Source: Octopus vulgaris (taxonomy: Eukaryota). From it: a DNA stretch of 64,000 bases. A program made the position numbers and the translations under genes. How positions within the stretch are numbered: the stretch's first letter is position 1; each line of letters opens with the position of its first letter. The stretch covers positions 68,386,001 through 68,450,000 of the forward strand of contig OX597823.1 in assembly GCA_951406725.2 (NCBI GenBank), written 5' to 3'. The notes beneath the pieces were generated by a model. That model saw nothing but the letters and a program-made list of their open reading frames with translations, had not been told where the DNA came from and did no database searches. Shown here in pieces: positions 23,351-36,950 of this stretch.

Positions 23351-25830
23351 CAACTGGGAATTCCTGTGGATCAGCTTGCTGAGTATCACAGACCAAATCT
23401 GTGGCTGGTGTTAAGACCCATCCAGATCTAGGGTGACATAGTGATGGAACTATGCTGTAGAGTAGGCCATTATAGCAAAGAAATAGGCCTAGAAGGCTTG
23501 GAAGGGTGAGGGTAGCAGGGAACTGTATCAGATAGCCAGAAGGGAAGTATGAAACAGGTATGTCAAGCCAAGGGAGAAGCAGAAAAGAAGTTTGCCTATG
23601 TTTAGTGATGTAAGGACTAAAGATTTGAAATGTTTCAGATTGCAAGACAGTGTGTGAGAGAAAACTGCAATGTGATAGGAGAGAATTCTGTCCGCATGGA
23701 TGATAGTGCACTTGTATTTAATGATTCTTCAAAGAAAGAGGCTTGGAAATGCCATTATCAAAGTCTATTGAATGTGGAGAGTGAATGGGAGTAGGAGAGT
23801 CTGCCAAATGTTGACCCAATTGGGGGACCAGCTATCCAAATTAACAGTACCTTGGTAGATAAAGCTATTAAGGATATGAAGACAGAAAAAGTCCTTGGCT
23901 CATCAGGAATCACCATTGAGATGCTTAAAATATCTGGTAGTGTGGGTTTCACTAGCCACCTGCATTGTAAATCAGGAGGTTCATGAAGAAGTCATACCCA
24001 ATGACTCGTGTAGCAGAACAATAGTCAACTGCTACAAAGGTAAAGTGATGCCTTAGATAGAAATAGTTACAGAAGTATCAAATTATTGGATCAGGTGATG
24101 AAAGTTACAGAGTGGGTCATAGCCCAACTAATTAGGGAGAAAGTTAGTCTAGATGAGATGCAGTCTGGTTTTGTGCCAGGGAAAAGCACCACTGGTGCTA
24201 CATTTCTGATTAGGTAGCTGCAGGAGAAATACATAGCCAAAGATAAACCTATGTACTTGGTTTGTGTTGACTTGGAAAAAGTTTTTGATATCTGATCCCT
24301 TATTTGGTGGTCAATGTGGAAACTAGGGATAGATGAGCGGTTGGTAAGAGCTGAACAAGCCTTGTGCAGGGATGCTGTCAGTAAGGTGAGGGTTGGCAAT
24401 GGCTATAGTGAGGAATTCTAGGTAGAAGTAGTGGTTCACCAAGGATCAGTCCTCATTCTCCTCTTATTCATCATAGTCCTCCAGGCAATAACAGAGGAAT
24501 TCAAGACAGGTTATCCCTGGGAGATCTTCTATGCTGACGAACATGTTCTAATAGCTGAGTCACTACCAGAACTAGAGATGAAGTTTTAGGTGTGGAAGCA
24601 AGGTCTAGAATTGAAGGGCCTTAGAGTCAACCTAGCAAAAACCAAAATCCTTGTAATTAGGAAAGCAGATAAATCACAAACCCCTTCAAGTAGATGGCCC
24701 TGCCCAATCTGTAGAAAAGGTATAGGTAGAAACTCGATAAGATGTACCCAGTGTAAGCTATGGACACATAAGAAGTACAATAATATCAGAGGAAGGTTAA
24801 CAGGGAAAATAACTTTTGGGTGTGGAAGGTGCACAGTTAGTAGATAGCTTCCGTTATCAAGGTGACCAAGTTAGAAGCGGAGGTGGATGCTCTGAGAGTG
24901 TAGCTGTGAGAATAAGAATAGGCTGGGCAAAGTTCAGAGAGTTCCTTCCTTTGCTGGCAACAAAGGCCTCTTCCTCAGAATGAAAGGCAGATTGTATGAT
25001 GCTTGTGTGCAAACAGCTATGCTACACAGTAGTGAAACATGGGCTGTAACAGCCAAGGACATGCATAGGCTTGAAAGAAATGAAACCAGTATGCTTCGCT
25101 GGATGTGCAATGCCAGTGTACATGTATGACAGAGTGTAAGCATCTTGAGATAAAAGTTGAGCATAAGAGGCACTAGATGTAATGTGCAAGAGAGATGACT
25201 GAGCTGGTATGGTCATGTGATGTGCATGGACGAGGACAGCTGCGTAAAGAAGTGCTGATCTCTAACTGTGGAGGGAACCTGTGGTAGAGGTAGAGCCAGG
25301 AAAACATGGGATGAAGTGATGAAGCATGATCTTCGAACTTTGCACTTCAGAGAGGCAATGACTAGTGATGAGACCTTTGGCAATATGCAGTACTTGAGAA
25401 GACCCATCAAACCATGTGAAATTGTAGTCATGGCCAATGCTGGTGTTGTGCAACTGGCACGTAAGAAGCACATTTCGAGCACTGGACCTCACGGAGGCAA
25501 AGTGGCCAATGCCAGTGGCACCTGAAAAGCTCCTTTTGAGTGTTGGGCTTCATGGAGGCAATGACGAATGACAGAAACCTTGGCATTATGTTGTGTTTGA
25601 GAAGAAAACCCATGAAGCCAAGTCTGGTGTCATACAAATGACACCCATACTGTTGGCACATAAAAGCATCCATTACGCTCTGAGTGGTTGGTGTTAGGAA
25701 GAGCATCCAGTTATAGAAACCATGCCAAATCAGACTGGAGTCTGGGGCAGCCTTACAGCTTGTCAGCCCTGGCCAAACTGTCCAGCCCATGCCAGCATGG
25801 ACACCAGATGTTAAATGATGATGATAATGA
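23351..25830 (+). mobile_element. Degraded RTE-clade LINE, second unit, with 3' UTR and (GAT)n tail
   Basis: Restarts at the position equivalent to ~21588. Shows FYADE, GLRVNLAKT, WPCPICRKG...CGRC, GRGRARKTW and a GATGATGAT tail at ~25817. Confidence 0.92.
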
Positions 25831-25844
25831 TATATATATATATT

Positions 25845-25983
25845 TGTTTCTGGGGAGAATCATTCTCTTTTAGTGCCTTATTATTTAACACACTCACTGG
25901 TAAGGGTTCCACTCATTTACTTATTTATTTTTCCTAAAAATTTTGTTGGATCTTGCAACATTTTCAATGGACTCTCCCCAGAC

Positions 25984-25986
<3 letters not shown>
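25845..25986. repeat. ~140-bp element with terminal inverted repeats inside (TA)n
   Basis: TGTTTCTGGGGAGA (25845-25858) versus TCTCCCCAGACACA (25973-25986): 13/14 complementary. Confidence 0.55.
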
Positions 25987-26030
<44 letters not shown>

Positions 26031-28224
26031 ACTATTTGGTTGAAAATATATCAAATGAATAATAACAAAGATGTTATAATCCAATCATACTAACTACATC
26101 TGTTTTCTTATGTTGTATTAATAGATACATAAATATATAAATAATAATATAGAGACAGTAAAGCTATTTGAAATTCAATGAGGACATTATATGAATCAAT
26201 AGATAAAAAGTTGAACTCATCAAAGCACAATTAATGTTCTTACTTATTCAGCACTAAAATTACAAACAGTGCTTTAATGTTTACTTTTCATATTTGTATG
26301 GGTCAGATGGTATTCGCTGAAGCAGATTTTCTATAGTTGGATGCCCTTCCTGTTTTCAATCTTTACCTCTTTTCAAGTAAGGTTGTATTTCCCTGTGACA
26401 GGACATATTTTTTACAGAATATTGAAAAAAAAACAACACTGCATGCATGATAGTTATGCTTGTATTAAAACTATCATGTGATGTCAAGGGAAGGAAACAG
26501 AAATGCACACTCACACATGCATATATCATCGTTATCATTTAATGACTGTTTTCTGTGCTGGCATGGGTTGGATAGTTTAATAGGAGCTGGCAAGCCAGTG
26601 GACTGTACAAAGCTCCAATATCTACTTTGCATGGTTTCTATGGCTGGATACCCTTCTTAACACCAACCACTTTGCAGAGTGTACTGGGTTCTTTTTGCAT
26701 ATGATATTGGTATTAGTGAGGTCACCTACCAAATCCACCCTGAGGCTTTGGTCAGTTTAGGGGTATAATAGAATACACTTATTCAAAATGTGGTGTAGTG
26801 GAACTGATCATGAAAGCATTTGGTTGGGAAGTAAGTTTCTTAACCACTTAGTTATGCTTGAGCCAACAGCTATGCCTATAGCTATGCCTACTATATATAT
26901 ATATATATACACATACACATGATGTAGGTGTTGGTATGGCTGTAGGCACACACACACAAATGTGAAGAGAAAGTATTCTATGCATTACATAGAGTTCATA
27001 GTAACAACAATGAAAAAAAATCTGATTTTATACTATGGTTAATCCAGCCTTAATGTTATTGTATCTTGCCAAGAATGTGAGACATTAAAACTTCAGTTTT
27101 TAATCATCAATGTGTATTTGATTGTTTATTAAGATATCTGTATGCTTTATAAAAATATGACAATATAAACGATGTAGTATTGAGTACCATTTTTATCACT
27201 TTTAGTATTTTTGTATGATAGCATTAAATCTCTTTCTATGTTAACCAGTTAACAACAAGCCATTTGAAAGGCTAAAGCTACTAACATTGAAATTAAGTGC
27301 CATAGTCTAAAGTTCTAATTTATCTACTTCACTTTGAACTTATGAATGTTTTACATTCAACATGAATCAATCCAAAACATCAAATATACGTGTGTTTTGT
27401 GTGTGTGCATGTGTGTATACATACATACATTTATATATGTGTGTGTGAATGTGTAAGTAGGTATATATATATATCCCCATATCTGTGTAGTTGTCTTGCT
27501 TTCCCTTTCATACATTCATTGGTGCTTTTGTTGTATAACAATTGCCTCCCTTCAGATCAGTTTTGAATCCACATTTCATACCTAATGGATTATACTGAAT
27601 CCATTTTATTGCAGCAGGTCTTTTGTGCTCATTGCATGTGTCCCACAGCTAACATCACACATCTCAAAACAAAGTATAAAGCAAAAATAGTTTTAAAATA
27701 TGAACAGTAAATCTAATTAAATAAAGTTTTTCTAATTTTATTTTAATTTTTCCATTGTTTAAATGCATGTCACATCCATGACCATCTCACTCAAGGATTT
27801 TGGAAAAGTAATGCAATAAATTAAATTAAACTGAATTCTCTCAAAATTTAATTGTTGTTGTTCAGCCTCAGGTCAGTCCTGATCAAGCAGATAAAAGATC
27901 AAAGAATTCCATCCCTTATAATCTGATCCTATTTTCAGACAATTCACCCAATACTAAATCATCTAATGTGCTCTTTCTTTAATGATGGTAGGTTGATAAT
28001 CTATTACTTCTAGCAAATTAAGACACGAGTGTTGGTTTGAATTTTGTTTTTGTTATTTGTATGGCACAAACAGGAACTACCCAGTCTTAACTGAATTTTT
28101 TTATTGCATTTAATTTAGCACAGTAAATTACGCTCTCTAACATTCCTAAAGGGGCCAAAATATTTAATGCATACTAAATAAATTGTTTAGTTAAAAACAA
28201 AAGTTAGAAAATGCATGTATTGTA

Positions 28225-28700
28225 TGGGAAGTTTTCTTGAGGTTTAGTGACAAAAAGTCTCCTCAAACTTTCAGTATCTTTTTTTAGGACTCACAGGATG
28301 ATACTTTCCTGTAGGTCAACAATGCATTCCAGTATCCTTCAGCCTCTTAGATATCAATATGAGTATTGTGCCAAGGGCACCAATTACCAAAGGAAGAATT
28401 GTCACCTTTGTCTTCTACAATCTCTTCATCTCTCTGACTAGGTCCTGATATTTCTCAATTTCTTTGATGCCCACTCTACTATCCTATGCTATCACAAGTC
28501 TGATTTCCTCCACTGTTTATTTTTGTCCTTTATGATTATATTTGGCCTCTCTTTCAATAGTATGGTTAATCTTCATAGAGAAATCTAATAAAATTCTGTA
28601 ATTACCATTCACCATCATGGCCTCTGGCTTGTGTTCATACTACGTTTCTCACTTTGAATTCACAAACTTGGTAAACATTCCATTACCAGCAAAATCATGC
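28225..28700 (-). mobile_element. Old REL LINE 3' fragment
   Basis: Minus strand contains VIGALGTI (~28365-28388) and decayed upstream REL motifs. Confidence 0.65.
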
Positions 28701-28729
28701 CTGCACTAATATTATTATTGTTTTACTTC

Positions 28730-29130
28730 TCAAATGCTCAGCCTTGTTTGAGAGCAGACAGCAGTCCATTGTCAAAGGTTTCACAAAGTCTCTTTCTGCA
28801 CATTATAATCTTTGATATTTAGTTGTTAATTATCGAGCAAGACATTCAACATCCATGTACCAATCTCAAAATCCTAGCTGTCCCCAACAGAGCAGTGTTT
28901 TGGGCTAGTTTTGCTCTTTTGTCAATTCTGATTTTAGTTAGTGCTCCAAGTGCCCCTACAACTACTGAGATGACAGACATTTTCCTCATAGTGCAAGCTC
29001 TTGCAATTTTATCTTTTAGTTAGCCTGTACTTTTCAATTGTTTTTAGTTCTTTGTCACTTTTGTATGCATCCCCAGGTAGTGCAATATCTATAATTTTGG
29101 TTTCCTGGATTGGCAAAAATCATTAGAATA
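28730..29130 (-). mobile_element. Old REL LINE 3' fragment (different subfamily)
   Basis: Minus strand contains IIDIALPGD, VVVGALG and QNTALLGTARILR. Confidence 0.75.
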
Positions 29131-29308
29131 AAACAGTATGCAGTGTTTTTTCCAGATCTTTATACTCTTAGTTAAAATTCAACCCAGTTCAACTTGCTCT
29201 TCATCCTTTCAGCATCAGTAAGATAGAGTACCACTCAAGTACTGCAGTTAATGATGTTGACTAACATTCTCCTCTCAAAATTGCTGGTCTTGTGCCTAAA
29301 TTACAAAC

Positions 29309-29341
<33 letters not shown>
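29309..29341. repeat. (TTA)n microsatellite
   Basis: Direct inspection. Confidence 0.95.
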
Positions 29342-29342
<1 letters not shown>

Positions 29343-29911
29343 TTCCAATCAGGAACTATCATGGATAAATTCCAGATGTCTTTGGTCTGGCAGTGCTACC
29401 ACAGCGAGGATTGGACGCTACCAGTTTGAGATAAACTCTACAGGCATGGATGTACTGTCAGATGGACCTGTCTGAGGTGCGTGCAGAGCGATGAAACTGT
29501 TCCATATGTCCTTGTTCAGTGTCTTGGCATTGCTGACTTGTGGGGTTATGTTGAACAGCTTCTGTCACATGTTGGATGGATCCGTCTCTCAGCTGAGTCT
29601 GTAGTGATGATTGCACTGCCCTCCTCCTTCACTTAGGCAGGCAAGGCAGTTTTCCTTTGCCTGGTGGCTATGGTGAAAGAGGTTGTTTGGTGGACAAGGC
29701 TGAAAGGCATGGGGACAGATATATTCCTCTTTGGTTGAGCTCTCATTGATCTTTTCAAAGTTTCACTTGAAAAAGAAATTGGGAGTGGAGAGGGAAGCAT
29801 TGATCTCAAGTGAGTTCATTGAAAGGTGGGTGAAAGTAGCAAAAATGGCAAGAGTGGATGGTACCTCTCTAAGGGTAGACCTATGAGTTGGAGAGAAGGA
29901 ACTGGAGAGGG

Positions 29912-30799
29912 CAGGAATTGCAGCCGAAGCGACTCGAAACATATTCTCAGTTTATGAGAAAGAATGCTTGAATGAAAGAACTTGCAGAAGATGGTTTGCA
30001 AAATTCAGAAGTGGAGATTTCAGCCTTGAAAATGAAGATCGAACAGAATGTCCAGCAGAGTTTGATGTTAAGCTCCTTGAGACATTACTTGAAGAAAATC
30101 CCACATTTTCAGTTGAAATCCCAAGTTGACATCTGCTCTTCTCTCCATTCTTGTGAACTCATTTCACCCTTTTTGGATAGACTTGTGACCGGTGACGAAA
30201 AATGGATCTTCTATTGAAATGTTAAATGTCATAAACAGTGGCTTGGTAAAAGGGAAAAAGCTCAACCACAACCGAGAAGGGAACTTTATGGGAAAAAGGT
30301 TCTTCTCTCTATCTGGTGGGATTGCAAAGGAGTAATTCACTTTGAATTGTTACCACCTAATGCAACAATCAATGCTCAAGTCTACTGTCAGCAATTAGAG
30401 AGTTTGAACCAAGCTTTGAAGAAAAAAAGACCTGCTTTAGTGAATCGAAAAGGAGTGATGTTTCATCAGGACAGCGCACGACCCCACACTGCAAAGATCA
30501 CATCACAGAAAATAGAAGAGCTTGGTTGGGAAAAAATTCTTCATCTACATTTTTCTCCCAACTTGCTTCTTCAGACTACCATTTGTTTCATAGTTTACAG
30601 AATCATTTTCAAAGCCAGGAGGAGGTCGAAACTGACATTTTAGAGTTCTTCACTTTGAAACCAAAAGAGCTTTACATTAATGGGATTTAAAAGCTTGTAA
30701 ATAGATGGAAGAAAGTCATAGAATTTCAATTAAATATAACATTTGATCGTTTGTTTTCTTTATTCAAAATTCGGACAGAACTTATGGGATGACCTGATA
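29912..30799 (+). mobile_element. Mariner (DD34D-type) transposon relic: 5'-truncated, internally deleted, right TIR retained
   Basis: TCRRWFAKFRSGDFSLE, LDRLVTGDEKWIFY, KVLLSIWWDCKG, FHQDSARPH and a frameshifted FSPNL..SDY. Terminal ...GGACAGAACTTATGGGATGACCTGATA is a mariner-like TIR; no left TIR seen. Confidence 0.9.
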
Positions 30800-31910
30800 T
30801 TAATATTTTATAAACTCATGGTTTATAAATTGTTGCATTTCAAATACAAAATATACTTTTCTGATATTGAAAAATATGTATTCAGTTTATTGATGTGTTA
30901 ATATATGGAAAATTCAAATTTCTTTTTCTCCCATATGCACTGAAAATTAAAGCAGTGCTATTTCTTAACATGAAAAACTTCCTATCATTACCATTTAGTT
31001 TTAATTGAAGAAATACTAATAAAATATAATATATTCAAAACTTAGAAATCAAAATAATCTCAAGATAACCACAGTTTTATGATAAATTGTTTCAGAGACA
31101 TTAGAACATAGAATTCATTGAAAATTTGTGTTGTTACTGAGAAGATAAATTTATAGAACTATAAAAACAAAATATATTTCAATAAATCTTTTTCTTTTAG
31201 CTGCACTTCTAAATATTTTATCAGTGATCAAATATTTCCTTTCATCATTCTTATATATTAATTTTATAAAAGGAATATATATTTAGCCTTGCTTTTAAAG
31301 AAGCCATATATTCTTTAGGGGTTATAATGCCAGAATTATTTTATATTAAAGCCAAATACATATTCATATATAAAATTTGCTAATTTATTTCTTCTACTAT
31401 GTCTTAAATAAATTTTCACACTTGTTGCAAAATATATACCAGTGAATTATTTATTTGGTGTATCAACTGATGTATGAAAAAGTCTGAAGATGAATGGATC
31501 TAATTTCACTGAAACTGAACACAGTCTGTTTAAGGTAAAATTTCAATCCATTGAGTAACAGGCCAGTATGTTGTCTCTGAGCTTATAATTCCAAACTATA
31601 TTAGAATATGGTTAGAAATGTAATTCTCACATGGAATTATTTTATTTATATACTTTGCAATATGTTGCATAATTTTCTTCATATTCTTCCTAAATTTTCA
31701 AAATTAACAATAACTGTTTCATCATCAAAGGATTCCACACAAAAAAGCAAAACTCTTATAATGGAGCCTATATGTAGTTGCTCAACATGTGGTATAAATA
31801 TACAAGTAAAATCCTCTTTAAATCGCACTTCACCATTTCAAGCAAAAAGAATACTATACATTGGATAATATAGTTTGGGAAGGATGTATCTAAATAAAAA
31901 CAAAGAAATG

Positions 31911-31957
<47 letters not shown>
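31911..31957. repeat. (AAT)n tract at the 5' junction of the Dong-like LINE
   Basis: Direct inspection. Confidence 0.97.
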
Positions 31958-31959
<2 letters not shown>

Positions 31960-31960
31960 T

Positions 31961-33952
31961 AAGATAGCACCTACTCTGCGAAACTTTTTGACTGTAAGTA
32001 TGAGATCATGGAGAACCACACTAACTCTGAACAGTGACAATGAATCCCTAAATGCTGGTGATGTAAAAATTTCGTGTGACATTTTCCAGGGTGACTCACT
32101 GTCACCACTCCTCTTTTGTTTAGCCTTTATACCTCTCTCAAAACTGCTCAATGACGCGCAGTACAGGTATAAAATGTTTGATAAAAATATAAATCATCTC
32201 ATTTACATGGATGATTTAAAGCTCTTTGCAAAAAATGACCAACAACTCAAGGGTTTACTAGCGATAGTCAAACAATTCAGTGACGACATCAGAATGCAAT
32301 TCGGCCTCGATAAATGTGCAAAAGCTACCTTTATCAAAGGAAAAATGACAGAAACATCTAACGTTAACCTTGACCAGCAGAATTTCATAAAAGAACTAGA
32401 TCCAGTGAAGAGCTACAAGTACCTAGGGGTAATTGAAGGGAACGGAATAAGGCATTCAGAGATGAAGGAAAGGATCAGGAGAGAATGCTATCGAAGAGTG
32501 AGAGCAATACTCAAGACAGAGCTGCATGCAAGAAACAGGATCGAAGCAATCAATGCATTAGCCATACCAGTCATGACTTACAGTTTCAATATCGTTAACT
32601 GGTCAATTACTGAAATATGTCAGCTCGACAGAAAAATAAGAAAACTGTTGACAATGCATAGAATGCACCACCCTAAGGCAGATACAGAACGACTTTATCT
32701 GCCAAGAAAAGAGGGAGGCCGTGGTCTTTTGCAACTGGCAATAACAATGAAGATTGCTACAATTGGCCTAGACACCTACCTGAAAAAGTCTGAGGTCTGG
32801 ATGTTAAAACTTGTCTCAAAACATGAAAACAAGAAAGCATCATACTCAGTAACAAAACAGGCAAAGGAATATCTAAGTGAATTCCGAATACAACCAATTT
32901 CGGAATTAGAGATAGACATACAAGAAACAAGCACAGAAAAGGCTAGGCGCATGAAAACCTGTGCCAAAACTGCAGCCTTAGATATTCTGAATAATAAATG
33001 GCAAGAAAAACCTCTCTATGGCAAATACCCAAAGAGAGCGAATAATGCAGATATTGACAAAGCCCTGACCCATCAATGGATAATGGCCTCTGGCTTAAAA
33101 TCTGAAACAGAAGGGTTTATCATAGCAGCTCAAGATCAATGCCTACCAACAAGAAACTACCAGGCCAAAATATTAAAGAACGGCAGTAGCCCAACATGTC
33201 ATGTATGCCGACAACAAAATGAAACCATTGATCATGTTGTCTCCAAATGCAGTCTTCTAGCGCCTACAGAGTACCTCAACAGTCATGATAGAACTGCACA
33301 ATATATTCACTGGGTAATTTGCACAAACCTGGATTTGCCCCATGAAAGAAACTGGTGGGAACACAATCCACCTCCAGTGCTTGAAAATGACCACATCTCA
33401 CTCCTCTGGAACTTCACCATTCAAACTGACAGAAAGATAGATGCAAATAGGCCAGACATCATATTGAAAGACTTCAGACAAAGAACATGCCTCCTCATTG
33501 ATATGACTGTCCCAATCGATATAAACGTATCTGTCAAGACCTACCAAAAACTGAGCAAATATAAAGATCTTGAAATAGAAATCAGCAAAATGTGGAAGCT
33601 GAAGACTAAAACAATACCTGTTGTCATAGGTGCCCTGGGAATGATATCGAAAGGGACTGATTGCTACCTAACTCAGATACCAGGAAACCCCAAAATAGCA
33701 GAAATTCAAAAGATAGTGCTCATGGGAACTGCTCATATCCTACACAAAGTACCCTCTATGTAATCCCAATGTTTAAAACAAACTTTTTTTTTTTTTTATG
33801 TATTAGACATTCACTAGTACAACACCCAAAAAACCCAAATATATGGCACATTAGGCATAACAACAACGTGAACTTCCAACCTGTTGTCTCTTGAGGTCTC
33901 TGGGTGAGACTTGGAGCCAACTTGTACAGACATAAAGCAAAAGTCAAACATA

Positions 33953-33953
<1 letters not shown>
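31961..33953 (+). mobile_element. 5'-truncated Dong/R4-clade REL non-LTR retrotransposon
   Basis: RT plus CCHC knuckle plus PD-(D/E)xK endonuclease in a single ORF; ~190-bp 3' UTR; (AAT)n on both flanks, the known Dong target. Confidence 0.92.
31988..33763 (+). CDS. RT C-terminal half, zinc knuckle and restriction-like endonuclease (591 aa open, N-truncated)
   Basis: FQGDSLSPLLF, YMDD, YKYLG, GGRGL, CHVC..ETIDHVVSKC, SHD (RHD), RPDIIL, IDMTVP, KLSKY and IPVVIGALG. Confidence 0.93.
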   Translation: MTVSMRSWRTTLTLNSDNESLNAGDVKISCDIFQGDSLSPLLFCLAFIPLSKLLNDAQYRYKMFDKNINHLIYMDDLKLFAKNDQQLKGLLAIVKQFSDDIRMQFGLDKCAKATFIKGKMTETSNVNLDQQNFIKELDPVKSYKYLGVIEGNGIRHSEMKERIRRECYRRVRAILKTELHARNRIEAINALAIPVMTYSFNIVNWSITEICQLDRKIRKLLTMHRMHHPKADTERLYLPRKEGGRGLLQLAITMKIATIGLDTYLKKSEVWMLKLVSKHENKKASYSVTKQAKEYLSEFRIQPISELEIDIQETSTEKARRMKTCAKTAALDILNNKWQEKPLYGKYPKRANNADIDKALTHQWIMASGLKSETEGFIIAAQDQCLPTRNYQAKILKNGSSPTCHVCRQQNETIDHVVSKCSLLAPTEYLNSHDRTAQYIHWVICTNLDLPHERNWWEHNPPPVLENDHISLLWNFTIQTDRKIDANRPDIILKDFRQRTCLLIDMTVPIDINVSVKTYQKLSKYKDLEIEISKMWKLKTKTIPVVIGALGMISKGTDCYLTQIPGNPKIAEIQKIVLMGTAHILHKVPSM

Positions 33954-34006
<53 letters not shown>

Positions 34007-34055
34007 TAATAATAATAACAATAATAATAATAATAATAACAATAATAACAATAAC

Positions 34056-34114
<59 letters not shown>
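33954..34114. repeat. (AAT)n tract with AAC interruptions at the 3' junction of the Dong-like LINE
   Basis: Direct inspection; source of the poly-I/poly-L/poly-Y ORFs. Confidence 0.97.
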
Positions 34115-34116
<2 letters not shown>

Positions 34117-34419
34117 GGAAAAGGAAATATTCAACTGCTAGCATTGGCATATGATAAGTTATGTCATTAATTGAAGTAATGACTTCAGTAAAGTCAAACA
34201 CAATTATTGCTGACACATTAATGAATACTGATTCACTCAAAATTGGTGTACAGTATACTACATTCTGTCAATGAAATAATCTTCAGTAAGTGACAATAAA
34301 TTGTAAACTAAATACCAATGCTCAGGGAGGAGTTAGCTAACAATTTGTATTTACTGTTAAGTGTCAGGCTTATGCTGCAAGAGCAGTGAGATTAAAATGG
34401 TTTAGGCTATTCTTGGAGA

Positions 34420-36950
<2,531 letters not shown>

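Noticed and set aside
29342-29790. GC-richer segment next to (TTA)n, considered as a host exon
   Set aside because: No splice signals or recognisable frame; more likely an unclassified retroelement 3' remnant with a TAA tail.
33814-34240. Poly-Y/I/L ORFs resembling membrane or low-complexity proteins
   Set aside because: Translations of the (AAT)n tract.
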